Shown: positions 13,521 through 26,382 of the stretch, one piece after another
How positions within the stretch are numbered: position 1 is the stretch's first letter
How the letters are laid out: each line of letters starts with the position of its first letter
Assembly: GCA_013265495.1 (NCBI GenBank)
Contig: MU058718.1
Location: 1,550,001 to 1,614,000, forward strand
DNA from: Vicugna vicugna
Taxonomy: Eukaryota
Length of the DNA stretch: 64,000 bases
Direction of reading: 5' to 3'
The notes under the pieces: model-generated
Databases searched by the model: none
Seen by the model: only the letters and a program-made list of their open reading frames with translations
What the model was told of the DNA's origin: nothing
Program-made: the position numbers and the translations under genes

Positions 13521-13866
13521 CCCTGTTCATTAGGGTTTGTGAATCAACCAAGAGGAATGGCCTTTAATATTTAAGTATGTCTCATGTAGCCATTAAAAAT
13601 CTTTTATGAGTGTTAAGCCATTATTAAAGTAAGATGGCTCCAGGTCAGGGGCCCTTCCATGGCACTCCCACTGTGCGAATGGGACAGGTGCTGTCTCTTC
13701 TCAGGACGGTGGCTGCCTCCACCACTGAATTCGGTGTGCCTACTGCAGTTATAATTCCAAAGAGAAAAAAAAAATTACCATTAGAATTATTCCACCCCAG
13801 GAAAATTTTCCTTTCCATTATCTGAACAAAAACAATTTCTAACTCAACATTAGGTGGTTTTGTTTC

Positions 13867-13884
13867 TGTGTGTGTGTGTGTGTG
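13867..13884 (+). repeat. (TG)9 microsatellite
   Basis: Directly visible. Confidence 0.9.
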
Positions 13885-16479
13885 GTTGGAGGGGCCGGGT
13901 AGGGAATATAGACCAATGATGATCAAATACATGGATATTAAAAACACCCATGAACACCTTTTACCACTAGATCACATGAGTCATAGTCCTAGAACTTACT
14001 CCCCTTCTTACGTTTACAGGTGGCTCTAGGTTCCACTCCAACCCACGTCGTCCACTATTCCCATGGCAACTGAGGGGATGACAGAAGGAGAGAACAATGT
14101 GGACACAAGCATGGAAAGCTAATAAAAGAAGATAAACATGCTACATAAGAGGAATATGTGAGTAAGCACGGATGCTGTACATTTTACATAGCAAACATGT
14201 TGGGGAAGACCTACCTTACTCCTGAGTGATATCCTGCACCTGCTAAAATAAAAGCTTTATTATAGCCCATTGCCAAACCTGAGTCTACAGAGAGAGGCAA
14301 CCACACAAATGAACAGTTAGATAGTTATTTATGTAAATGCCCCCAAATACATTTCTTTCACTTAACCCCACAGAGGAGTGAGTTCTATATTCAGCTGCCT
14401 TCAGGACATGGTGTTCTCCACTAGAGTAATCTACTGGCAGCTGTCACACCATGAGAATGAAACACACACGTCTTGTGGCTGCTAGATCATGTATTCAGCA
14501 CAGAACCTCATCATAGCCTGTTTTTCTATTATATGTAACAATGTGCTAGTTCCATAAAGCATTCACTAAAATGAAACAACAAAGAACTACATAATATGGA
14601 CCTCTAAGTTCTGATGTTGACGGTATCTGTTTTTCTCAATAAGCATCAACAAAGGAGAAAATTTCCGGTGGTTTTCCAACTACAGTCTAACATCAAGGCA
14701 CTTAGAAGAAAAGTGTGCAGATGGCCAGTGGTAGCAGGAGGGTGGCAATTACATCAGGTATCTTGTAGTTAACTTATCTTGTTGCTGCAATATTATTATC
14801 ATGTCACAATGTTCAACAAAAATTCATTACACTTGACTGATGTTTGGTCATAAGGGGCAAAGGTGGCTCTTTTAAGGTGCCCCAAAGTAAGGAGCATGAG
14901 TAATGGTGGAAGCAGAAAGCAGTCAGGAGTTGAGGAGGTTTTTGCTGCGTGTCTGAGTATGAACTTGCGTGTGTCTCTGTTTCATACGTTTTCTCTGAGG
15001 GACTTCATAGACACCAACTCACACCTTTTTAGCACATCTCTTCTTTGTTCTCCCCCTTCTCTTGGTCCTCATCCTCAAATTTTCAGCCTGTAATCTCTGC
15101 GCTGACCCCAAATCTACCCCGTAGCCTTTCAGTTCAGTTTCAAAAACCAATCTGCTCAGGCTCTGAATTTCCTCCATTCTAAAATCCAACAAGAGAGCCG
15201 AGAGAGGGTGTCTCCTCTTTTCTACCCAGACACCTCTGCTGGAGGTGACCGACAAGACTATGGAAGGGCCATCCTTGGATCTTATGTGCCTAGTCAGTCC
15301 AATCTAGTCTTGTCAGACAATGCAGCCACTGGTTCAGCAGGTCAGCGACATGTCCAAGTACAGCTCACAACACTGAGGGCATGAAACTGGCAAAACAGTC
15401 CACCAGTGAGCTGCTGCTGGCAGGGAGGATACTTCAGGGCAGAGCAGGACTAGTGATGGCAGCTGTGTTTCCAGCTAATGGAGAACTGTGTTTTCACTTC
15501 TATCTGGAAGCAATTCAGAGGTAAAAGCCTTTTCTCTTGTATTTTTTGGTTAAAAGGAAAAAAACTCAGACTATACGAGAGCACAGGAAAAAAAAAAGAT
15601 AGCATTCCCTGCTAATAAGTAATTAGAAGCTAGAATTTTTCACACTGAAATGGGTAGAGTAAGGTATCCTTGGAAACAAAACGGATTAAAACTAAACAAC
15701 AATAACAATAAAACTGTGCTTCAAATAAACTTGGAGCAAATGCTCTCAGGGTCTTAGTACATGGAAATGATCACGCCAGAAGAGTCTGTAGAAGAGTAAG
15801 AGTGACACTCAGAAGAGGAACAGCAGCCACTATAGGACCGAAGAGAAGAAACAGGTGTCAGATACTGCTGCTACTAGTATGTCATTATTTTCAGTATCTA
15901 TATTAATGTCTTTTATTAGCTATCCTTGGTCCCTGTTTTCAGTCATCCTTAGTGAAGGGACTTAGGAAAGAATGTCCAAACCCTGCTGTGCTCTTGGTCG
16001 TTTGTTACCCAGGATTATGCTTCCTTTATCTGATGTGTAGTAAACCATGTATGTTTTTTAAGCCATGGTAGAACTTAAACACGCATCTCTCTTGTTCATG
16101 TCATCTGCAAATAGATACTTCTATTACTGCTCATCACATGAGCTTTCAAGCAATAGGAAAATGACACAGCAAGGCTGTCCGGAGCTTTTTCCTTCAAAAT
16201 GTTGTTTTTTAAGCAGTTGCCTAGTATCTTATTATTGACTCAGCCATCTCCCCATCTGTTTCAAGGAAAGAAACAAGAGTGACCAGCAATCTTCTTGTTT
16301 ACATCTCTAGTCTCAATCCACCATGGAAGAAGAAGGAAGTGGTTACCCAGAATTAAATTCTAACAGAATACATTTGAACTTATTGCTCTCATTGCTTTTT
16401 TTTTTTTAACGACTTAGAGGTTGTGTCTAGGATGAAACTAATTCAGGAATGCTCACAATCTTTGTTGTGGCATCGGAAC

Positions 16480-16600
16480 CTAAGCTCTATATGGGCAGTA
16501 GGAGCGCATGCCTGGGTTATTTCCCTGATGCCTAGGACAGTGTTTGGCCCAAGATATTGACTCAATTAATATTTGTTGAATGATTCAATTAATTAATTGA
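16480..16600 (+). mobile_element. L2 3' end
   Basis: 'tgcctaggacagtgtttggc...ctcaattaatatttgttgaatga'. Confidence 0.7.
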
Positions 16601-18184
16601 TAGTAGGCAGGAAGGGCGGAAAGGACAAAGGGAGGTAAAGGTCACTAATAATGTTTTTGCAGGATTTTCATCCCATTTTTTTAGTTACTGTTATACCAGC
16701 AGAATCCAAATTTGGACACTTTACTAAACACAGCTGTTAGGGCATGCTGAATGATAGACAGAGATCTTCCAAATTACTTAAATCTAAAAGCAGCAGTCCT
16801 CCTTGTCCTCAACTAAGCCAGTGAGAAGTTTGGGTATGCTAGAGTTACTGTCAGACACATCTGACTTTTTGAGTTGAAGTTTTGAAAATTACTGGGGTAC
16901 TACTCAACTGTGACCTGATACGGCATCAGCGATTTTAGAAATGAACAATGATATTATGATTGATGACCCTGGCCATGTTCTGATTACTGTTTGTAGTTTC
17001 ATCATCTGAGTAGCAATTCACCGCCTATTAGCTCATATCAACGTCTGGTTATAAAAGTGTTCATAATATTTACAATGAGAGGCCTTGGTGATTACAGTCA
17101 TATAAATGTGTGAATAATTGAGAGGTTATGCTGCTGTACACGCCTCATCAAGCTTCCTTTTCAAGTCCCAAGAACATATTTAAAGCTCAACACTAGACCT
17201 CAATTATGCTTGAATTACCAGCAAGGGGGAAAAAAGAACCACATTAACAAAGCTGTCAAAAACACCCTCTGCTTTAAATTTACTTGGACAACTGGACAAT
17301 GGAAATAGTTCACTCACTGAAAGGTTGACTTCATTTGGTAAAGATTCCACTGAATTTAAAAGAAGAAGGAAAAGAAAGAGCCTTAAAATTTATTGAGTTT
17401 CTATCTTGCTCCTGAAGAACGTAGATGGAAAGTCAATCTTGATAAAAGGATTGTAAAGTTAACTGGATTGCCAAACTTACATTGCAGATTCAGTATAATC
17501 GATACAGAGAGAAGTGATATGTTTATGCATATACATACACGATCCAACAAGATCATGTTATAGTGGTCTCAATAAATTACAGAAGACCCAGCAATAAAAT
17601 AATTTGGTGCAGTGTATACCACCCAAAGATTACACTTAAGTGTCTACCAAATTTGCTATGACTCCACAAGAGAAGGTCCTGAACTTTGGAACTGAAACTA
17701 ACCAACACTTGTGGAACAGTTCTATCTTTTTCCACCAATAAAGATACATTTCATACCATGCTATTTTAAAGGATACTTCAGGTTTCAGGGATAACTCCAA
17801 ATTGTTCTAATGTGAAAACATGAAGAAAAAAAATGTATGGTAAAATTAAAAGATAATAACCACCAAAATTCAAAGACTTTATTAAAATTCTAATCCATAT
17901 TTATTTTTAATATGATGCATTTTGCAATCTGTACAATTGTCTAAGTGGGTATAATCTTGGATTCATCCTATAAGGATAAGTTTTTAATTTTAAACTGTCC
18001 TTGGATACACTTGATAAATTTCTTACCCTAAATCCCACATTGATGGAAAATCACTCAAAACAAAGTAGATTCCTATTGCTTTGAAATCACCCTATTAGGT
18101 GATTACCATTTTAAAACATCTCTTGATTTGCTCAGAGTTCTTCTCAGCACCTCACCTTAGATGAAGGTAGCATAAAACAGGAAA

Positions 18185-18372
18185 TGTTAGAAACTTAGTG
18201 TTGTTAGGAGCCTTAAAGGCCAACTCATCCTATTCACTCATTATAAAGAGAAGGAAACAGAAGTTCAGAGTGTTCAGTGACTCATCCAAGGCCACAATAC
18301 AACAACACAGTGGCAAAGCTTGGATTACCATCCAATTGTCTGACTCTTTCCCTGATTTTCTTTCCCTATACT
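18185..18372 (-). mobile_element. MIR (MIR3/MIRc-like)
   Basis: 'ctcattataaagagaaggaaacagaagttcagag...gtgactcatccaaggccaca'. Confidence 0.75.
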
Positions 18373-18937
18373 GTCTTCACCAACATCAGATGCTCCCCAA
18401 CAGCCACCACCATTTTTCCCTCCCATGCAAACTCTACCAAAGAAATGAAGTAATTCAATTAAGAAAGTGTTCATCGTACACCTACATGCTTGTCGACTCT
18501 AGAAGGTAAGGTGGGCAGGTATAAAGCTGACTAAGGCTTAGGTTCCTGGCCCTGGGAGGAAGACATGCTCCCAGATGACCATTAGCCATAGTCAGGACTA
18601 ACAGAAGAGCCACCATGGAAATAGCCAGTGCTGAGAGTCATTTCTGGTTAAAAGACGTTGGAGTGCTTTGAGGGATAGGTGAAATTTGAGGATGAATGAG
18701 GAAGATTTTGGCCGGTGACTTGTTATTCACTCTGGAGAAGTAGTTCATTCTTTTCCAACTAGTTCAATTTTAACCGCTTAAAAATATAACCTAAAAATAT
18801 AGTAGCCCATATCTTGTCAATGAGTGGTGAGACAGAATGTTACTGAAGACTGAACAGATAAGCCTGCAGACTACTAAATGCACCTTTCCCCATAGCTTTG
18901 CCCAAGTAATTCGCATAAATCTGTCCCCAACCCAGTG

Positions 18938-19080
18938 CTTCATTTTACAGTAAGGTGTGAAGAGAAAATATTATTTCATTAGTTTTAGGGATTTAAAAAA
19001 TGATGATCAGAGAGATTGAAGACTTGCCCACAGACATGTGGCTGACAAGTGGCAGAACTGAGACTAAAACCCATTTCTCC
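18938..19080 (-). mobile_element. MIR fragment
   Basis: 'cattttacag...gacttgcccacagacatgtggctgacaagtggcagaactgagactaaaaccca'. Confidence 0.6.
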
Positions 19081-20530
19081 CCACATTTTCCATCCCACCC
19101 TGTTGTCTTTACAAGTTTACTGCTTTCAAAAACATTTTTATGAGCCCTGAAGAAGATAGGAGTTGGGGAAATACAAGGTCACAAACTTTCAGAACACCAT
19201 TACAAAACCAATCTTGACAAATCAGATACAGTCGTGGTACACTGTGTATGCACTCACGACCCCCATCACAGCAGTTATCAGCAACCTAGTGTTACCGGGC
19301 AGCATCCTCTCTGTATGGTTGGTCAGGCATCGCGTACACATTCGCCTTCGTTTCTAAGAAAACTAGAAACACCTGGATCATGTTAGGTCACTTCTGGGTT
19401 TCTACAGCTGGATTTTATGCTTCTCCCCTCTTAAGGAGTTGACAATTCTGCAAAAATCTTGATACTCAGCCAAGAAAACAAGAGCCTTTCATTTTGCACG
19501 CGGATATTTCTATATGTTCTGGCGAAAGAGTGGAGTGGGGAGAGTGAGCTGGAAATTATTCCTTATGGTGTATAAATGAAAGTGTGTGCAATAAGAACTA
19601 CGGGTCACGACCTTCTAGGGCAGATATGTGAAGCAAGAAAACCCACCCCATTTTCCTCCTAAACAATCCTCTTCAGCATTACAAGTGGCTGCATGACTCA
19701 ATAGCTCAGTCAGAAGAGCCCAGTAGAGAGTAACTTCAGGCCGCCTGTGCTTCGAGGACCATCTGCTGTGTGGGTCCGTGCAGCTGGGCCTCTGCGCGGT
19801 CCTCCCTCCACCCTCTCTCCAAGAGACACTTGAAAATCTCCTTGATCCAAGCAAAGGGCAGGGGGCCAGGGGTGGGGTGGCCCTGCGGACTCTGTAGCAC
19901 ACTGTTTCTCTAGTTGGAAGTTTCTGATGTAAAATTAGTCATCAATTGAGCTATTTTTTTCCATGAGTCTAAACTCTGGCTTTTTGAATGTAATGTGTAG
20001 ATGTAAAATCTCCAAACCATGGGAAGAGCTACAGTTTCCACAACATGAACTTTGAGGCCGGCACAGTTCAGAGTTAATTTGACATTAACCAAACATTACT
20101 TCCCTACCCAGGCAGTGAGCTGAAAATCACATACCAAAAACAAGAAAAGGAGGTTCCCTGTCCAAGAGAACATGAAATACTCTGAGACAGTGTGAAACAA
20201 AGGCTCGTTGGCTTTCTGCATACGACAAGAACAGGTCAAGGTGTATGCACGGGAGGGGTGGTAAATGGTGCTTTGTGTTTACTGCTTATGAAATATGTAC
20301 ATCACCCAGCAGGGAGAAAGCCAAGGCAAGAGGGCAGACTCCACCTGCTGCTGTATCATTTCCTTGACCAAACTGGAATAGTTTACATATATATTTATTT
20401 CCTCTCAATGCATAGCTCAGTGTTTGTGTGCAGCTGGAGGTAAGAGGGCAAGTGTGTCTCTTATAAAAGATCCCTTCCACATGGGCCGTCTTGGTCGTAC
20501 ATCTGATGTACTCCTATTAGATGCAATCCT

Positions 20531-20839
20531 GTTTTTTTCGTCATACACTTTATTTTTTTTCTTGAAAAGCTGATTTTTTTTTAATTGAAGTGTAGTTGAT
20601 GTACAATGTTGTGTTAGTTTCTGGTATACAGAATAGTGATTCAGTTATATATATGTATATGTATATATTCCTTTTCCTATTTTTCATTATGTTATTATCA
20701 GATATTGAATACAATTCTCTGTGCTATACAGCAGGACCTTGTTTATTTTACGTATAGTAGTTAGTATCTGCAAATCTCGAACTCCCGTTTTATCCATCCC
20801 CACCCCATTTTTCCCTGGTAACCGTAAGTTTCTTTTCTG
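20531..20839 (-). mobile_element. Younger L1 3' stub with an extra 3' tail
   Basis: 'ttaattgaagtgtagttgatgtacaatgttgtgttagtttctggtatacag...ctgtgctatacagcaggacctt...ggtaaccgtaagttt'; TSD 20517-20530 / 20840-20853 (12/14 identical). Confidence 0.9.
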
Positions 20840-23800
20840 TTAGATGCCATACTTTGAATCTATTTCACCATTGTCACATCCTGAGCTCTGTCCAGCCAAT
20901 GGCCATTAAAATCAGGGTACCATGCTCCAGCTTCATTCTTGCAATTGTCTAAACCTTTCTTTGATTGCTCCTGCTCTTGCCTCATTCTGGTTCCACCCAG
21001 CTCCTGTCTCTTGACTTTGTCGCTCATTGTCCAACCTGAAGGAAGAGCCTTGTATTTATTGGCAGCGCTTGCCTGTGCTTGTGTTCAGCCTTTGTCATCC
21101 CTAAGGACAGTGGCTCAGAATCACCCATTGTCTTGTCCACTCTGGGCACCCAGATGGTGATTTCCTCTTCCCCCTACCCAGCTCTGGTCCCAGACTGCAG
21201 CCCTGACCTATCAAGCCCCATCCCGCTGGGTTGGGGGAGGGGTGGAGGTGTGTATCGTCCATCACTCTACTGAAGGACAGCTTGTTACCTTATTAAGGAG
21301 TCTCACGCCATGGAATTAAACAGAACGAGAAACCTCCTTAGGTGAAAGGGTCAGAGGAAATAAAGGGTTATTACTGAATATTAATAAAACAAAGTAAGAA
21401 AAACAGTAACCATAGGGAGTATTCCTCCCTCCTCAATATCAACAGCCAAAAACTGATAAATTTGCTCCTACGGGGAGAACTCTGCAGCTCCTAACAAGAG
21501 ACGCTGCCTCTTAGGAGATACCACTGGCAGTATCAAAACCCACAGTATTTCAGAAGGACATTCCAAATACAGTCATTGTCAAGGCCATTGTCAAAAAAAC
21601 AGTGCGTTAGGAGAACCTAAGTTACATGCCCATATATTTTGCTTGGAAGATGAGAAATATGCAAGAGCCACTCCCATTCAGTCAGAGAGAGCATCGCACA
21701 AGAGGACGGGTTATCAGGATCCTTGAAAACTAGCAATGAAGCCGTTTAGAAAGGCTGGCAAAGGAGGAGATGCCAAGGGTCAGAGACCCGAAGCAGTCGG
21801 ACTTAGAGCTGAGTGGGGCACATGATTGAAGAGAGAGAACGCTGTGGAGGGAAGCATGTAATGGGGAAGAAGAGGAAATGATAGTAGCTACGGCTCATTA
21901 CCCATGAAGAAACCAAGGTTAGAAAGGATGGGGAATGTGCCGGACCCAACTTATGCTACCTCCTGCCCTGGGCTCGTTCAGAAATGGTTTCCTGTCGCTC
22001 GTGACCCCTCAGGAAGCTTGCCCAGCACCAAGTGCTGTCTGGTTGGCCCCAGTGAGAGGTTTTGACCTTTGCTGGAGGAAGTTGCATGTCTGTCTTCATG
22101 GTGACGGTCTGTGTGCTGGGCCAGCTGGACCCGCTGCAGCCGCTGCTCCTGGAATCTAATGTCGTTACAGACGTGACTGAAAGCATCTTTCTTTCCACCT
22201 CACACCCGGAGCATTGTGCCTCTTGCCAAAGGCTTTGTTTTAGTCACTGTGGTGTGAGGTGCCATGAGACCCTCTTGGGGCTCACATACACAGACCGGTT
22301 GTCTTGGTTCTGCAGAGCGTGGGAAGGCTGGCCGGCAGGGCCCCTGGCTTGCTGAAGAGGCAGCTGCTCTCTTGGGTCCGGGCTTCCAGAGTGGCTACAG
22401 GAGGACCAGCTGGTACAACCCAGAAGTGCAGAGGAGTCGTGGGCAAAACAGTGGGAGAGAAGGACTGATGGATAAATCCTTCTCTCTTCCACCTCACAGG
22501 TGGACTGTCCTGCTTTAAAGTGATAGCACATACAATTTTGCCTCCAGCTTTGTTTTCCAGACTAACTGTGGGCTGAGATAAGTATTAGCCCTACCAATGC
22601 ACAACTTTGAGAGTGGAGATTCAAGCCCAGGATAACCTCAGCTTTGATACACAGATGAGCAGAGACCCCGGGTAGCCATTTAAATGAAAGAAGGAACCAG
22701 ACTCCAGTGAAAGAACAATGATAGGCCGTCTGAATTCCTAAACAAGAGAGGGGTAGAGCAAAGTCAGGAGAACAGGTGCCACCTTCTGTAATCTTGGCTG
22801 TCTGCGCCCAGAGGAAAATAAAAGCTGCCAGGTCTCTGCCTACCGTCTTTCCATCACAACAGCATCCTTGCAGTGATTGGTGGTCTTGAGTTATCCTAGG
22901 AGAAGAAATTGTCCATGAAGGTAACAGAAGTTTGTTTCTATATGTAATTTTCACTCTGTTCTACATTCCTTTTAGAGCACTATCTCTAAAATGGGTACAA
23001 AACATTACTTGACAAGAGATTCCATTTATACTTCCTCTACGATTTTAAGATAAAGACTTCAATTGAAGAATCTTGACCACAATGCTAAATTCTTTACGTG
23101 AGCAATAGCAATAGAACACTCTCCCGGAAAAGCCCACCATCTTCAGCAAAGAGATGTAATTTTTTAAGACAGGTGTATCTTTGATTTCTTTTACTGTCTT
23201 TGGGAGCTCTATATTTTTACACTGCACACTGACATTCCTGTAACAAAGAAAAGATCTCTGACGTACATTTGCCAGCCCTATTTCATGGACTGAGCTCTAA
23301 TTTTCTCCAGTTGTAGACGATGGGCTACACATTACCAAATAAATTTGCTCTGGCTTTGCTTCTAGTAAAATGTGCATCGTCTCCCCGGAGAACTATTAGG
23401 CAGATGATACAATAATTTCCTTGGACTCTGTCGATCCTCCTAGTTCATCTCGGAATTCTCTCTCCAGTCTTTACAGCATGTCTGGGTTCAGGCAGCAACA
23501 CTGTTGTCTCATTCATCCTCTTGAATATACCCCTCCCCCATTTTCTTCATTCCATCAAAGACAACTCATTAGCAAAGGTCACATAAAAACACCATGACCA
23601 TCAAAGAACATTAAGAATATTTAAACTCTCCCTCCTAGAATCCTTAACCACAAATGTCTAGAATCGATGGTATTCCTGGTATTAAAATCTTCCTTTTTCT
23701 ACAAATGTGCTCAAATGAGAAAGCTCGGAGGTAAAAAAAAAAAATTTTTTTTGAGCTGGATCTGTTTGGAATTTCCAGCTTAGTGAAGTTTGGGTTCCAC

Positions 23801-24374
23801 ACCAGTTGCCCACTGGACCTTCAAGGAAGTACCAGGAGAGCCAGAGTCTGTTAGTAAAACTAGTTAAAGGAGACACTCAGAGGCATCGCCTTGGTCAATT
23901 TCATAGCTTCTATCGGCCAGCACTATTGCTGTAAACTTTTATATGGTTCAAATAGAGATTAAGGACTGGTTTGGCTGGGAAAAGAGATCACTTGTCCAAG
24001 TCCAAGAAGCTAGCCAAGAGGTGTGTATGGAAAGTGTTGTCCAACTCTGTGCCTTGAGTGAGACACTGGCAGTGAGTACTTCAGTGACTGAAATGTGTCT
24101 GAGGGCATCATGTCCCTTTTAGGCTTGCAAAGCCACCTTCTCTCTGCCTGCCCATGTGCCAACAATAGAGGGGTCCTCATTATTGGGACAACACTGTCCT
24201 TTGAAGAACTTTATTGTCCCATGAAATAATGACTGCCACTTAAGAAAACAGAATCAAATGGATTTGAGTTTTCAAAAAGGAACTTAACTAGACACAAACA
24301 GATTTTAAGAAACCTAGTCATTTGGAACAGAAAAAAAAAATTCTTGGTCTGCCACTTTTTTTTAATGCTAAGTG

Positions 24375-24410
24375 GTTTGTTTGTTTGTTTGTTTGTTTGT
24401 TGTTTGTTTT
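24375..24410 (+). repeat. (GTTT)n microsatellite
   Basis: Directly visible. Confidence 0.9.
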
Positions 24411-25029
24411 TACTTTGACTTCTGTGGTTTCTTGGAATCCATTCAGGCCATTTCAACACAGCCTAGTAATTCACATGCCATCCAAAATGTACAGACCAAA
24501 GTACCTTCAGAGAAATCCAAGGAGCACAGATTATCCATTTGATCACTTTTCTGTTTGAAGGAGAGTCACCACTTTGTTCCTACTCTGAATCCAGCTTTCA
24601 TACTGTGGTTGTTGAGTGGGAACCAGGAAGGAGTGAACTGTGGCCTTTGAAGCAATATTAAGTGTTGGAAAAATAATCTATATTTGTTGAGATTTCGGAC
24701 TGAAGACGTAGCAGAACCATACAGACAAGGAGTCAGTGATGCCCTTTCTTCAGGAATGAATGCCCTCCTACTGAGGGTCCAGGGAGAAAGAGTAACACCT
24801 GCAAAGCCCCTCCACCTCCATGGTGGAGTAAAAGGAGAAATCTGGTGGCCTTCCATCATTCCTTTCCCTCAAATCTATAATTCAGGAAGCACCAACATGG
24901 TTAAAAGAAAGGACAACAAGTGAAAATAGAAGTCCTGCTGGTAGACATGATCTTTCCTTCCTGGGGAAATCTCACAGCGATCAACTTTTTTTGTGATTTT
25001 TAGACCCCTGATTATTTCTCCTTATCAGA

Positions 25030-25485
25030 GGGCTATGTAGTGTGCTCTACACTGGGTGCCGGAATGTAATAGGAATGCTAGCAAAGAAGAATGCATTCAG
25101 GAAAAGGAAAAAGAAGTGAACATTTTTGGGAACATGTTACAACAATGAAGGATCTGGTAAAAGTGTCATGTAAGGAATCATTGAGGTTATAGAAGAAATT
25201 TAGCCAAGAGATGACTTTATGGGATAGTACTTCTGTGTGAAGGAGAAAACGAGACTTATCTTGTGTAACTCCTCAAGACAGAACTACAACTAAGATTCAG
25301 CGGAATGGGAAGATTTTACTTTAAGGGGAAAAAACAGAGCTAACATTTTAACATGCTGCATAAATAAGGAGTAAGCTTTTCAACACTGAAGATATTTTAC
25401 TAGAAACTAGATGACTCCTTGTCAGGGATGTTTCTAAGGGAATGTCTCCTTGGAATAATGTTTGAACATATTTCCAACTAAAATA
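25030..25485 (+). mobile_element. L3/CR1 LINE 3' fragment
   Basis: Collinear CR1 motifs 'tgtcatgtaaggaa', 'gacttatcttgtgtaactcc...agacagaacta', 'actagatgactccttgtcagggatg'. Confidence 0.7.
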
Positions 25486-25594
25486 GTCCCTGAGAACCAA
25501 TCAGCACTGGTACTTACGATTACAACTCTTCAAGATAAAAAAGTGGGCACCAAATCAGCAAATTTACACAGAACTGCTTTGACAGTAGAATTTT

Positions 25595-26250
25595 TCATTG
25601 ATTCATTTTCATCAGATAATCCTCTGAGCCCCTAGAAGATGCCTGTACGGTTTTAGGTGCTATGGTACAGTAACCGAGAAGGCAGAGGGGGCTCTGCCTT
25701 CGTGACCCAGGAATTCTTGTGGGAGTCCCATGCAATAAACACTTTTAGGCAGTGACAAATCCTGTAAAGAACATAAAAAGACAGACATAGGCTAGAGTGG
25801 AAGTGGGGCAGCTGCTTTGCCAGCGTGAGCAGGGAGGTCCGCCCTTGGAAAAGTCATCTGAGCTGAAGACTTGAATGAACAGGAAAAGCTGGCCATGCTG
25901 AGAGCTGGAGGAAGGGAGAAGCAGGGCTCCTGAGGCCGAAGGGACCATCATCCCAAAACAGAATCAAGGCAGGCATCCTTATGAGGACGGGTTAGAGAGA
26001 AAGGCAGATCATGTCGGACTGTGTGGACCATTGTGGGGCACTTGGATTCTCCTTGTATTGCCGTGGAAGCTATCAGAAAGTGGGAAGTCATGGAGTGACA
26101 TGGTCCGGTTTACTTTTTAAAATTAGCCTGACTGTTGTGTAGAAAGCGCAGGTCAGGAGCCAGGGGTGAAAGCAGGAGGTCCAGTCGGGAATGGGCCACA
26201 GTGGTCTTGGTCTAGGTGAGAGCTAGTGAGGACCCAGGAGGTGGCATAAT
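25595..26250 (-). mobile_element. L2 (L2a-like)
   Basis: 'tctgagctgaagacttgaatga', 'ggcagatcatgt', 'ggagtgacatggtccggtttactttt'. Confidence 0.8.
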
Positions 26251-26336
26251 TCAGATAGCATGTTGACTGTTCTTTAGACACTGGTAGGCCACCAGTCTGA
26301 TTGCTGTTCAAAATGGAAATGACTTGACTCTGCGTA

Positions 26337-26382
26337 TGTGTGTGTGTGTGTGTGTGTGTGTACATATGTATGTATATATATA
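26337..26382 (+). repeat. (TG)12 plus TA-rich microsatellite
   Basis: Directly visible. Confidence 0.9.

Noticed and set aside
12844..13567. ORFs of 147 and 122 aa over the CpG island
   Set aside because: Stop-codon scarcity in GC-rich DNA explains them; open frames occur on both strands.
23733..23752. A12-T8 inverted run as a terminator or hairpin
   Set aside because: Adjacent homopolymers from slippage; intrinsic terminators are not relevant in this context.
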